DNA of 64,000 nt, taken from IMG/VR virus record IMGVR_UViG_3300032288_001980, positions 64,001 to 128,000 of that record; one strand, 5' to 3'. The stretch's first letter is position 1, and each line of letters begins with the position of its first letter. The notes beneath the pieces were generated by a model that was given only the letters and a program-made list of their open reading frames with translations, searched no databases and was not told the DNA's origin. Shown here piece after piece: positions 36,101-46,017 of the stretch. Source of the DNA: a virus. The translations under genes were made by a program, and so were the position numbers.

Positions 36101-36334
36101 ATGGAATTACAAATTTCCGATATTCAATTGGCCGCTCAGATCATTGACATCGCCGTACAACGCGGTGCCTTTAGGGCCGCAGAAGCTAAATCAGTTGGCG
36201 AATGCTATGAGCGTATTCAGGCTTTCTTATCTGAAGTTGCCAAGCAACAAGAAGCACAAAAGGCAGAAGCAGAAGCTAACGCACCAGCGGCAGCTCCGGC
36301 TGAAACTGTACCTGCCGATGCAAAAGTACAGTAA
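36101..36334 (+). CDS. Small hypothetical protein with Ala/Pro-rich tail
   Basis: AAGGAG RBS; IIDIAVQRGAF..E...VG..Y. Confidence 0.75.
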   Translation: MELQISDIQLAAQIIDIAVQRGAFRAAEAKSVGECYERIQAFLSEVAKQQEAQKAEAEANAPAAAPAETVPADAKVQ

Positions 36335-36346
36335 TTGGAGACTAAG

Positions 36347-36874
36347 ATGAAATTTCTCAGACACGTGGGAGTTTTAAATGCAACAGGTCATAGAGCACTT
36401 GTTGTTTTTAGACAAATCCCAAACGAACCAACTAATTGTTTGGTCGTTGACACAGACGCCTTACCTGATAAGTACCACGACGACTTAATGGATGCTGTTG
36501 AAACTATCACAGCCCAGGAAGCCTTAGATTTTTATGAATATGCAAATCGTCAGTTCTTTAGTGATGGCACCAATATGTTAACCACCATGCATCAAAAAGG
36601 ATGGTTAATGAAGGTTAAAACAGATGCAGTCACAATGCGTCCTAGACCTGATATTGAAATTAGTTTGTTGGAACTCAACAATCAGATTTCAGCCATGAAT
36701 GGTGATGAGCCTAATACTACTGAAGGTGTGTTAGATAATAGTAAACTAGCATCCGATCTTCGTCGTCAAGCATCTCTGTTTGAAAAGCAAGCAGAAGACT
36801 TACGCAAGCAAGCTGACGATTTAGATCCACCTAAAGTTAAAAAATCATCTAAGAAATCTAATGTCGTTGCTTGA
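36347..36874 (+). CDS. Hypothetical protein
   Basis: GGAG RBS; C-terminal coiled coil and Lys-rich tail. Confidence 0.75.
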   Translation: MKFLRHVGVLNATGHRALVVFRQIPNEPTNCLVVDTDALPDKYHDDLMDAVETITAQEALDFYEYANRQFFSDGTNMLTTMHQKGWLMKVKTDAVTMRPRPDIEISLLELNNQISAMNGDEPNTTEGVLDNSKLASDLRRQASLFEKQAEDLRKQADDLDPPKVKKSSKKSNVVA

Positions 36875-37127
36875 CAAAATTTTAGAAGAAGTTAAAATAG
36901 AGCGACAACGGCAAATAGATTTGCCAGGAAGCGAATATGACCTTGTTAATAATGTAAATGACTGGCTAGCAATAGCTGGTCATTACTTAACACAAGACTG
37001 TACTCGCAAAGGTATAAAACCTACTAGACTGGATTTTCATAGTAGTTTGGTAAAAGCGGCGGCTGTAATAGTTGCGGCATTAGAATACGAAGAAAACTTA
37101 GTTCGAAAAGGTCACATAAAAGAATGA
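36861..37127 (+). CDS. Small all-alpha protein, possibly MazG-like NTP pyrophosphohydrolase fold
   Basis: ERQRQ...W...LVKAAAVIVAALE pattern; acidic metal ligands look degenerate. Confidence 0.35.
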   Translation: MSLLDKILEEVKIERQRQIDLPGSEYDLVNNVNDWLAIAGHYLTQDCTRKGIKPTRLDFHSSLVKAAAVIVAALEYEENLVRKGHIKE

Positions 37128-37128
37128 C

Positions 37129-37461
37129 ATGGCTATTAGAAAAAAAGATCGTGGCTTTGACGACATCCTCGACGATGTTGTAATGAACCAAGTTCCTGCT
37201 GAATATATTGAAGAAGTATTGGTTCATTTAACTAACGGGCAAACTATTAGATTTACAGGAAACGAGATAGCAAAGCTAGACAGTTTACCAGAAAAATTAC
37301 AAGAAGAAGGCTTAATTGAAACCAAAGAAATGGTATCCGATGTTGAGATAACCATGGACCTTGCAAGAATCAAAAAACACATGAAGAAGTATGTTAGTAC
37401 ATTAATGGCTAAACATTTTGAGAGCGGCGGAGACACAGATGACAACAAGAAGCGAAATTAA
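37129..37461 (+). CDS. Hypothetical protein
   Basis: 110 aa, contiguous. Confidence 0.65.
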   Translation: MAIRKKDRGFDDILDDVVMNQVPAEYIEEVLVHLTNGQTIRFTGNEIAKLDSLPEKLQEEGLIETKEMVSDVEITMDLARIKKHMKKYVSTLMAKHFESGGDTDDNKKRN

Positions 37462-38323
37462 TTTTGAACAAGATAAAAATTATGTTCCTGTACTAGATCA
37501 CGGCTTTGTAGGACTAGTGGATCACATGGGCAGTGACGGAGCAGTAGTGCAGGCTGCTCGTGTTAGCTACGGAGCAGGAACAAAACAAGTTCAAGATGAT
37601 AGAAATTTAATTCGCTATTTAATGAGACACAAACACACAACACCATTTGAGATGTGTGAAGTAAAGTTTCATATTAAATTGCCTATTTTTGTTATGCGAC
37701 AATTAGTACGACATCGTACTGCCAGCATGAACGAATATAGTGCTCGTTATAGCGTGATGACAGACGAGTTTTATATTCCTGAACTAGAACAAATACAACA
37801 ACAAAGTTCTACTAACAAGCAAGGGAGAGAAGACAATGACTGGGGATTCGAAGAAAAACGAGGAGTGCAACATGCCTTCCAACGAAGTTTTTTCAATGCT
37901 TATAAAGAATACACCGAGCTTTTGGGAAAGGATGGGACTGGCCTTACTCGCGAACTGTCCAGAAGCGTACTCCCAGTGGGCGGCTATACAGAACTCTACT
38001 GGAAAGCAAACCTCAAAAACTTCCTCCACATGGCCCGACTAAGAATGGACAGTCATGCACAATGGGAGATTCAAGAGTTTGCAAGAGCGATGTATGACCT
38101 GGTAAAGCCCTTGTTTCCTCAAGTGTGCGAGGCCTTCGAAGATTACGAACAATACAGCATATCGTGCAGTAGAATGGAAGTAGACTTAATTAAACGTTTA
38201 ATCGGTCAAGATAAATGGTTAGACCTATTAGAAGACTTCAGGGATATTAACGGCATTGCTAAACAGTATGGCATGGGACAACGTGAAATTAAAGAATTCA
38301 CAGAGAAATGGTTAACCAAGTAA
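37439..38323 (+). CDS. thyX: FAD-dependent thymidylate synthase
   Basis: AARVSY, HTTPFE, RQLVRHRTASMNEYSARY, NFLHMARLR..HAQWEI. Confidence 0.95.
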   Translation: MTTRSEINFEQDKNYVPVLDHGFVGLVDHMGSDGAVVQAARVSYGAGTKQVQDDRNLIRYLMRHKHTTPFEMCEVKFHIKLPIFVMRQLVRHRTASMNEYSARYSVMTDEFYIPELEQIQQQSSTNKQGREDNDWGFEEKRGVQHAFQRSFFNAYKEYTELLGKDGTGLTRELSRSVLPVGGYTELYWKANLKNFLHMARLRMDSHAQWEIQEFARAMYDLVKPLFPQVCEAFEDYEQYSISCSRMEVDLIKRLIGQDKWLDLLEDFRDINGIAKQYGMGQREIKEFTEKWLTK

Positions 38324-38925
38324 TTGTAACTGACTTATGCAGAAATTCAACGTATTTGGAATTGTTCAACAAAGTAGTAGAAGAAATTCAACTAGGCGAT
38401 GATGAGCTAAAAGCCAATTACGTTGATATTCAGCCAAAAGATTTTGCTAGCCTCACTGTTGCTATACGCGGTAGTGAGGTTTTAGCTTTTAGTGGTATGC
38501 AAATTCAACCTGACAGGTGGGGCACAGGTAAGGCTAGAGTTAGTGCTAGATTTTACATACCTCCTAAATTTAGACACGCACATTTACAAAAATTTGAACC
38601 CAGTGATAGGTACGTTAATAGCGCATATCTAATACCTAGACAAATAGCTGTTGCCAAAAGTTTGAATTTAGATTGCGTGTTTATTAGTCGTGAAGATAAA
38701 CAAAGAAGTTTCAGTAAATTTATAGATTTAGTTAACGCCAATGGCGGCTATAATTTTAAAATGCATGAAACAAAATTAGGCGTATGTGGACCATTACCTA
38801 AAGGATATATGCCCAGCGAGTGTTGTCAATGGGTAGCAACTATGCCACTTAAAGACGGAGCCGATTATGATTTCATTGGCTACTTAAAACAAATAACCTG
38901 CGAGAACTGCAATGAGACCAAATAA
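38308..38925 (+). CDS. Hypothetical protein, possible GNAT-like fold
   Basis: LAFSGMQ...RVSARFY..P.FR...QIAVAKSLNLDCVFISR pattern. Confidence 0.4.
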   Translation: MVNQVIVTDLCRNSTYLELFNKVVEEIQLGDDELKANYVDIQPKDFASLTVAIRGSEVLAFSGMQIQPDRWGTGKARVSARFYIPPKFRHAHLQKFEPSDRYVNSAYLIPRQIAVAKSLNLDCVFISREDKQRSFSKFIDLVNANGGYNFKMHETKLGVCGPLPKGYMPSECCQWVATMPLKDGADYDFIGYLKQITCENCNETK

Positions 38926-39508
38926 GATAGCTATTACTGGACACACTAAAGGTATAGGATCGGCCTTGGCCAATTACTACACAGCCCTTGGTATAGAAGT
39001 TATAGGCTTTAGTCGCACTAACGGATATGATATCAGTAAAGGTGTTGACCAAGAACGCATTATAAACGAAAGTCAGGACTGTGATTTGTTTATCAACAAT
39101 GCTTACTTTAGATATTCCCAAGTAGACTTACTACAACGTTGGTATAATTTTCACCAAAAGAAATCTAATTATATGATTGTTAATATGAGCAGTTTGGCTG
39201 GCGATGCTTGTATGCATTTAGGTAAAGTTTATCCATATGGTCTTCACAAAAAAGCTCTAGACGATGCTAGTTATCAAATGAACTTGGCCGGTGGCTGTAA
39301 ATGTAAAATTATCAACATCAAGCCCGGGCATATTAAAACTGACTTCTTAACGGAAACTAGCACATATACCTATGCACAACTGCGCCAGCCTAGCAGTATT
39401 ATGTCTGTAGATCAGTTGGTAAAGGTTGTTGCATTTGCTGTAGATATTGCCGATGAGAAAAGTTACATAAGTAATGTAACATACAAAGGCGACACTAGTA
39501 CAATATAA
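38912..39508 (+). CDS. Short-chain dehydrogenase/reductase
   Basis: IAITGHTKGIG, FINNA, NMSS, catalytic YxxxK (YGLHK), IKPG. Confidence 0.88.
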   Translation: MRPNKIAITGHTKGIGSALANYYTALGIEVIGFSRTNGYDISKGVDQERIINESQDCDLFINNAYFRYSQVDLLQRWYNFHQKKSNYMIVNMSSLAGDACMHLGKVYPYGLHKKALDDASYQMNLAGGCKCKIINIKPGHIKTDFLTETSTYTYAQLRQPSSIMSVDQLVKVVAFAVDIADEKSYISNVTYKGDTSTI

Positions 39509-40062
39509 TGTCAGACACTTTAGACGTACAAAAATTAGATATTAAATTTGATCCGGCAAAGTTAAAAAGAGAGCTGGGCTTATTATACCACCAATATCCT
39601 TTTCATAAGGATGCCAATCAACTGGCTCTTAGTCACAGCGGCAAATTTACAACTGTTAAAGAACAATTATACGACGGAGTAGGTAGCTTATATGATCGTA
39701 AAAACAATGTAGAGATAGATCAAGAAGACAATTATACTCATATTTGTGATTACGTTAAAGGAAGATACTGGGAAGAAGTAATTAATCAAATAAAAGAAAT
39801 AAGTCCTTTACCGTTAGGTCGGATTCGATTAATGTTACTCAAACCTAAAACTTGTTATAGTTGGCACAAAGACAGCGATGAAATTAGATACCATGTACCT
39901 ATAAGTACTAATGCCAATAACTTTATTGCTACAGAAAAAGGCCTTTACAGAATGGAAGAAGAGGGTAGATTATATACATTAGTAAGTACAGTTTGGCATA
40001 CAGCACTGAACGCTAGTTTCCAACCTAGGGTACACTTAGTATGTTCTACATATAAAACATGA
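39508..40062 (+). CDS. 2OG-Fe(II) oxygenase (AspH-like)
   Basis: RIRLMLL, WHKD (HxD), RYHVP, WHTALN, RVHLV. Confidence 0.75.
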   Translation: MSDTLDVQKLDIKFDPAKLKRELGLLYHQYPFHKDANQLALSHSGKFTTVKEQLYDGVGSLYDRKNNVEIDQEDNYTHICDYVKGRYWEEVINQIKEISPLPLGRIRLMLLKPKTCYSWHKDSDEIRYHVPISTNANNFIATEKGLYRMEEEGRLYTLVSTVWHTALNASFQPRVHLVCSTYKT

Positions 40063-40652
40063 TATTTTTTGACCACATTGCATCCAATTTAAATGTTATA
40101 CCTGCCTTAGAAGAAGTAATGGCAAATAACAACTTATTTGCTCCTCATACAAAAGTTAAGGCAATTAGTCCTGCACTAGAAGAAGTAGAAAGCATACATC
40201 TACGCATACATCCGCCGGTAGAAGTACAAAGCCGAAAAGAAGGCGAACACTGGGACGCCAAAGACCTTGCTGATCAACAGGCTAGATCTATTATTGATAC
40301 AGAAGCTTTTAAACAGTTAAATCAGGTGCGTAAACTAATAGAACATGCAATGACTCTACTACCCGCAGGACATTTAGGCAGGGCATATATATCTAAACTT
40401 GTCCCAGGAGGAAAGATTTATCCGCACGTAGATCCTGGATTATACTTTGCTATACATAATAGATATCATATTGTATTAACTACAAATCCTGACGTAGAAT
40501 TTTTTACAGAAACAGAAAATATTAAGTGCCAGCCAGGCGAACTGTGGCGGTTTAATAACAGAGCTAAACACTGGGGAGAAAATAAAGGCAGTACAGATAG
40601 ACTGCATATTATTTTTGACATTGCACATAATCCTAGATTTTATGACTATTAA
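40059..40652 (+). CDS. Aspartyl/asparaginyl beta-hydroxylase-like 2OG-Fe(II) oxygenase
   Basis: LVPGGKIYPHVD, RYHIVL, FNNRAKHWGEN, DRLHIIFD. Confidence 0.85.
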   Translation: MIFFDHIASNLNVIPALEEVMANNNLFAPHTKVKAISPALEEVESIHLRIHPPVEVQSRKEGEHWDAKDLADQQARSIIDTEAFKQLNQVRKLIEHAMTLLPAGHLGRAYISKLVPGGKIYPHVDPGLYFAIHNRYHIVLTTNPDVEFFTETENIKCQPGELWRFNNRAKHWGENKGSTDRLHIIFDIAHNPRFYDY

Positions 40653-41511
40653 ACATACACCTATTAACAAAGACATTGGTAGTCTAGTAGAAGCATCCTT
40701 TGATGAAATGATGCAGTTTGACGACTTTGAATTAAGAGAATTAATTTATCGACGCAAGGCTCTTGTGTTTAAAAACGTTAACGTTAGCGCCGATGAAATG
40801 GCTGCATTTAGTAAGAAGTTTGGCAAGCCATGGACTGCTGACATGTATCAAAATCATACTAAAGAACATTTCAAAGTAGCTGCCAACGAAGTAGCATATA
40901 CAGAGTACGACGACAAAAGCTATCCTAGATTATACAAAAGTCTAACATGGCACTGTGATATTGCCAATGAACGAGGATTAGAACCTTTTCCCTTTAGACT
41001 GTTATACTGTACAGACTTGCCTACTAAGATGAAAGGCGGGTCCACTGATGTTGCAGACTTAGGGATTATTCGCAGGGATTGGGATAACAAGCCGCCACAT
41101 AACATTAATTTAAAGAATTTAAATTTCTTATATAATAGTTGGCAGAAAAATTTTACAAATCAAAAATGGTATCCTGCAATTGATCGTCATCCATGGACAG
41201 GTGAAGAATTTGTTAGATATAATGCATTTGGTACTGACGGTGCTTGGATACTTAGAACTGTTATTAAAAAAGAAGACGGTGATGTATGGTTACCTAACGA
41301 GTTTATGCGTGATCTTAGTGTTGGACAAATTGAAGCTACAGACTTTCTAGAGCATAAATGGGAAGTGGGTGATGTATTAATATTTGATAACTGGGCAACA
41401 ATACACAGACGAGGAGATATGGAAATCTTGGAGGGCAGTGAAGGTCGTAGAAGTTTTATACGTATCAGCATTGACCACGAATTTGACAAGATGCCACCGT
41501 ATATACCATGA
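40642..41511 (+). CDS. TauD/TfdA-family dioxygenase
   Basis: LVFKN, WHCD, GGST..AD, HKWEVGDVLIFDNWATIHRR. Confidence 0.88.
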   Translation: MTIKHTPINKDIGSLVEASFDEMMQFDDFELRELIYRRKALVFKNVNVSADEMAAFSKKFGKPWTADMYQNHTKEHFKVAANEVAYTEYDDKSYPRLYKSLTWHCDIANERGLEPFPFRLLYCTDLPTKMKGGSTDVADLGIIRRDWDNKPPHNINLKNLNFLYNSWQKNFTNQKWYPAIDRHPWTGEEFVRYNAFGTDGAWILRTVIKKEDGDVWLPNEFMRDLSVGQIEATDFLEHKWEVGDVLIFDNWATIHRRGDMEILEGSEGRRSFIRISIDHEFDKMPPYIP

Positions 41512-42443
41512 TAGAGTACACAGAAAATAATCACTTTCACTGGACCTATGACAACGTTCCGTTTGCATTGCGTAAGAATCCTTATAGCACATTTAAAATG
41601 CACTGGGGTAAACCTAGCCGGCCGGTAGGCAACTTCAAGGACGAAAGCCTTAATGTTTGCCGTATGTTAGCAGACCGATACCCTAATCAAAAGTTTAACG
41701 TGTTCTTTAGTGGTGGTATTGACAGTGAACTTGTTCTACAAGCATTTATGTGGGCTGGACTAAAGCATCGTACAAAAGCAACTATTATTCGTTTCAAAGA
41801 CGGATACAATGATCATGATATACAATATGCCACAGATTTTTGTGTGTATCACAATGTTCCGCATACTGTTTTAGAACTAGATATAGTAGAATTTTATCGC
41901 AGTAAGGAATATATTCCACTGGGTATGAAGTATCAAAGTATCCAACTAGCACAAATACAATGCTTGTGGGCACTAGACAAGATACAAGATGATATCCCTG
42001 TATTGGGCACCGGAGAAGTATTCTTTGAAAAAATATTCAATTGGAAGTCTTGGATGGCCGACGAACCCAAACAAGAATACAATTGGGTGTATTATGTCAG
42101 GGAAAACAATGATCTTAGTGTGCCAAAATATAGTGTATTGAATCAGCGACCTGTTATCAGTGAGTTCTTTAGTTATACTCCCGAAATCATGAAAGCCTAT
42201 GTAAATGATTCTATTGTACAGGATTTATTAGCCGATAGACTTCCGGGAAAATTAAGTATTGCAAGTAGCAAGTATTCAATATATAATAAGTACTTCTTTC
42301 TCAAGCCTAGAAAAAAATATCACGGCTATGAAACACTCAAATTGTTAAACGTGCAGGCTCAACATGAAATGCTACAGTATATACCTTATAACGACCATAG
42401 GTTTGAAATGTTAGCCACAGACTTTATTAAGACGCTAGAATGA
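41508..42443 (+). CDS. PP-loop adenylating enzyme (asparagine synthetase C-domain-like)
   Basis: FFSGGIDSE PP-loop, LGTGE, KKYHGYE. Confidence 0.55.
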   Translation: MIEYTENNHFHWTYDNVPFALRKNPYSTFKMHWGKPSRPVGNFKDESLNVCRMLADRYPNQKFNVFFSGGIDSELVLQAFMWAGLKHRTKATIIRFKDGYNDHDIQYATDFCVYHNVPHTVLELDIVEFYRSKEYIPLGMKYQSIQLAQIQCLWALDKIQDDIPVLGTGEVFFEKIFNWKSWMADEPKQEYNWVYYVRENNDLSVPKYSVLNQRPVISEFFSYTPEIMKAYVNDSIVQDLLADRLPGKLSIASSKYSIYNKYFFLKPRKKYHGYETLKLLNVQAQHEMLQYIPYNDHRFEMLATDFIKTLE

Positions 42444-43057
42444 AAATCGTAAAACTAGACCTAAGCTACTTTGACCAAATCAACGATATTCAGCAAGATT
42501 ACAATACTTTTGCAGGAGTTGATGTTAGTAGTGTGCCTTATTACAGGGCAGATATGGCTATGAGTCGCCATAACAATCTTGCTAATTTATATTTAGGAGA
42601 AGACAATCCACAATTTATGATGTGGGGCTATGTCGACGAAACAAATAACAATCGATTGTATGCCGCAATGACTCAGTATTTTAATCCTGATGTTAACATG
42701 TGGTATATTCAAAAAGCTATTACACGTAGAGCAGAACGTATTCCTAGTTTGGGCAACAGAAACGGCTTAGTTGAAGTAATGCAACATGCCATCGATTTTG
42801 CAGAAAAACGAGATTGTTTTCAATACATTATGGCTTATCCTAAACGCTACTATTTGGCGCACAAACGTATTTGGCCTAAATATGTCAAACAACGTCAAGA
42901 ACGGTACGACAGCGTAGTAATAAATGTAATTCCTGCTAATACACGACCACCATTTTTAGACCAATGGATGTGGTTAATGAATAGTGCATTATGGCCCACT
43001 GATTTAGTTGTTACTATGCAGTACCTACGTCCAGAATTTAGACAAGAAATTGTCTGA
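42440..43057 (+). CDS. Hypothetical GNAT-like protein, paralogue of 47081..47719
   Basis: Shared MWGY/AWGY, GL, IP..R..F and L.P motifs. Confidence 0.5.
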   Translation: MKIVKLDLSYFDQINDIQQDYNTFAGVDVSSVPYYRADMAMSRHNNLANLYLGEDNPQFMMWGYVDETNNNRLYAAMTQYFNPDVNMWYIQKAITRRAERIPSLGNRNGLVEVMQHAIDFAEKRDCFQYIMAYPKRYYLAHKRIWPKYVKQRQERYDSVVINVIPANTRPPFLDQWMWLMNSALWPTDLVVTMQYLRPEFRQEIV

Positions 43058-43065
43058 TATAAATA
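43058..43065 (+). promoter_or_regulatory. T4-type late promoter TATAAATA
   Basis: Exact T4 late consensus directly after the upstream stop, 5 nt before ATG 43071. Confidence 0.6.
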
Positions 43066-43070
43066 TCAAT

Positions 43071-43838
43071 ATGAAAACTACTGGACACAGCATAAAACTA
43101 TTTTGGCCTGTACATATTGCAGCCTTGCTGGGCGCTATTGCCATGGCATTATGGGGTAATTTAAATTACCTTTGGTTCTGGCCTGTCGGCTGGATATTAA
43201 TTAGCGGACTAGGCAGTGCTATTGGTCTGCACAGAGTACTAAGCCACAAATGTTTGCCGGAAACAAGTAAGTTTACCAAAAGAGTTCTAACATTGCTGGG
43301 CTGTATGGCCGGGCAAGGAAGTCCTATTTTCTGGGTAGCACTACACAGGGGCTATCATCACAGTCACGCCGACACACCTCGAGATATACACAGTCCTATA
43401 CACGGTTTATTTCATTCTTACCTAAGTTGGAGTTGGAAGATTACTCCCACTGATGTTAACTTGAAATATGCTGTGGATCTATTACGTGACAAATTTCAAG
43501 TATGGGTACATACCAACTATTATAAACTAGTATGGAGTGTAATCATTGTTACAGCATTAATCAATTGGCAGTTAGCCGTTTGTTTAATTTTGTTGCCTAT
43601 GATTACAGGTATTCATCAAGAAGCTTGCATCAACATGTTCTGTCATTTAAAGAACGTTGGTTATAGGAATCACGAAATCAACGACAACAGCCATAATGTA
43701 CCTGTATTGGGTTATTTTGCTTGGGGTCAGGGTTGGCACAACAACCATCACAAACATCCTGGTAATTATAATTTTGGAGAAAAGTGGTGGGAATTTGACC
43801 CTTGTATGATTTTTTATCCTATACTCAAAAGAATTTAA
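43071..43838 (+). CDS. Membrane fatty-acid desaturase (delta-9-like)
   Basis: Three His boxes HRVLSH, HRGYHH, HNNHH; TM segments; WEFDP. Confidence 0.92.
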   Translation: MKTTGHSIKLFWPVHIAALLGAIAMALWGNLNYLWFWPVGWILISGLGSAIGLHRVLSHKCLPETSKFTKRVLTLLGCMAGQGSPIFWVALHRGYHHSHADTPRDIHSPIHGLFHSYLSWSWKITPTDVNLKYAVDLLRDKFQVWVHTNYYKLVWSVIIVTALINWQLAVCLILLPMITGIHQEACINMFCHLKNVGYRNHEINDNSHNVPVLGYFAWGQGWHNNHHKHPGNYNFGEKWWEFDPCMIFYPILKRI

Positions 43839-45385
43839 TGACTGTCGATATTTTAATTTTTACTGAATTTACCAGCACGACCGTATTTCAACGCCTAATA
43901 GGTGCGTATCGTATTGCCACGGAGTTGCGTAAAAATGGCTATACGGTACAGGTAGTAGATTACTTAACTGAATGGACACCCGAAGAGCTTAATCAAATTG
44001 TAGATAAATTTGTAGGTTCCAATACATTATTTGTTGGCTTTAGTAGCACTCTTTATGCTATACGAGATCAAGCACTCAGCGATAACAGTAGACCTAACCA
44101 TTATCGTAGAGAATTAAGATATACAGAAGATTTTCCATTTAGACCCGAAGTCAGTTACGCATTTATTAAACACATTAAAGAAGTCAATCCTAATACTAAA
44201 ATTGTTTTAGGTGGCCAGCGCAGTCAATACAAAAACAGTAAATTAGTAGACTGTTTTATTCACGGCTATGCGGACCACACTACTGTAGAATATGCACATT
44301 ATTTGTCGGGCAAGCCTTATGATCAATCTGTGTTAAAGATGATTCCTATCAATGATCATCAAATAGAAATAGATTGGATCAAAGATCCTGAGTGGAACTT
44401 TCAAACTAGCCAAGTACTATGGCAAGACAATGACTTAATTTACGACAATGAAGTGTTGCCCATTGAAATTAGTAGGGGTTGTATCTTTAGATGTGATTTT
44501 TGTAGCTTTCCTATGAATGGCAAAGACAAGTTTGATTATATCAAAGACAGTACACCACTTAAAGAAGAATTTATACGCAACTATGAAAAGTGGGGAATAA
44601 CGAATTATATCTTTGCTGACGACACTTACAACGACAGTATCTACAAAGTAGAAAAACTTTACAACGAAGTATTTTCGCAACTACCATTTAAAATACAATT
44701 CAGTGCATATTTGCGACACGACTTAATTCACGCTAATCGAGATATGGCGCCGCTACTAAAAGAAAGCGGACTTAAGACTTGTGTGTTTGGTTTAGAAAGT
44801 CTAAATCATAAAAGTGCATTAGCTATTGGCAAAGGCCTGCACCCAGAGAAAAGCAAAGAATTATTGCACTGGTTACGTGACGAAGCATGGGGTAAAGATA
44901 TTACAATGAGCAGTGGCTTTATTGTAGGCTTGCCACACGAAACAGAAGAAACATTTCGTGAATGGATGGAATGGGTCGAAGATGAAAACTGTCCATTGGA
45001 TGGATATACTGTTGAGCCGCTGGGCTTTAACATTAACGAAAAGAAAATTTGGCCCAGCAAGTTTGAAGCTAATCCGGAAGCCTATGGTTACAACATTATC
45101 AACAAAGGTGTTGCTAACAATAGTTTTTTCCGTTGGAGTATGTGGAGCAATCCTCATATGACGCTACCTAAAGCGTGGGCAATTGCCGATGAATATATTA
45201 TGCGAGGGTACCGAAGTGGGCGGATCAAGCCAGCTGGCTTCTTCCAGTTCATGTGGATGAATGGCACTGGTTTAACCGCCGACGATTTAGCAGGAATGAG
45301 CGTTAAAAATGTCAGTGCAGATTTTTTAAAAGACAAAAAAACTGAATGGTTTAAACTTTACAAACAAAGACTTTTTAATTTATAA
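43838..45385 (+). CDS. B12-binding-type radical SAM protein
   Basis: N-terminal GAYRIATELR..G..VQVVD, VLGG, EISRGCIFRCDFC, FADDT, FGLES, GFIVGLPHE. Confidence 0.85.
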   Translation: MTVDILIFTEFTSTTVFQRLIGAYRIATELRKNGYTVQVVDYLTEWTPEELNQIVDKFVGSNTLFVGFSSTLYAIRDQALSDNSRPNHYRRELRYTEDFPFRPEVSYAFIKHIKEVNPNTKIVLGGQRSQYKNSKLVDCFIHGYADHTTVEYAHYLSGKPYDQSVLKMIPINDHQIEIDWIKDPEWNFQTSQVLWQDNDLIYDNEVLPIEISRGCIFRCDFCSFPMNGKDKFDYIKDSTPLKEEFIRNYEKWGITNYIFADDTYNDSIYKVEKLYNEVFSQLPFKIQFSAYLRHDLIHANRDMAPLLKESGLKTCVFGLESLNHKSALAIGKGLHPEKSKELLHWLRDEAWGKDITMSSGFIVGLPHETEETFREWMEWVEDENCPLDGYTVEPLGFNINEKKIWPSKFEANPEAYGYNIINKGVANNSFFRWSMWSNPHMTLPKAWAIADEYIMRGYRSGRIKPAGFFQFMWMNGTGLTADDLAGMSVKNVSADFLKDKKTEWFKLYKQRLFNL

Positions 45386-45396
45386 GAGAGACAGAC

Positions 45397-46017
45397 ATGT
45401 GGGTACACATATTAACTAACAGTATGAATAGAGTGTTAGTACATGCTCAGGACAAGAAACATTTATATTTTGTTAATGAATGTTTTTTTGATACTCATGT
45501 ATACACAGGAGATCTAGACAAGAATCTCGAATCACAATTTAAATCTAACCCTAGCGACTTTATGCTTCGTGGTTCTAAAATTGTTTATAGTCCAGGTGAA
45601 AATATCGATGACTATCGTAAGTTTGTAGAATACAAATTATGGAGTTACTATGATATATTAACTAAAATAAATCTAGCTAGAGTAAAAGAAATTGAAATTT
45701 GTGCCGGGCAATCAGAAGTATACAAGATGAAATACGATCAGGCCTGCTTACTAAAAGAACACAGCTACGATGCTAAATTAGTTGGCCATAACCGAGTACA
45801 ACTAGTACTAGATTATGCAGAGTTAGATAACTGTACTGTTGAGCAAGCCGCAGATCAAATCATATTGCAATATACAATGCATTTAGAAATGATGACTAAA
45901 ACAGAATGGTTTAGAATCAAATATATGCGATTACTAAAACAAGCCAAGACTGCTGGAGAAGTAAAACAAGTTATGGATAGCTTGCACAAAGAAACATTTT
46001 TGAATATACTATTATGA
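45397..46017 (+). CDS. Hypothetical protein; C-terminus resembles tail-fibre assembly-type domains
   Basis: Q..VYKMKYDQA...YAE...TVEQAADQI...E..R...LKQAKT..EV pattern. Confidence 0.4.
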   Translation: MWVHILTNSMNRVLVHAQDKKHLYFVNECFFDTHVYTGDLDKNLESQFKSNPSDFMLRGSKIVYSPGENIDDYRKFVEYKLWSYYDILTKINLARVKEIEICAGQSEVYKMKYDQACLLKEHSYDAKLVGHNRVQLVLDYAELDNCTVEQAADQIILQYTMHLEMMTKTEWFRIKYMRLLKQAKTAGEVKQVMDSLHKETFLNILL

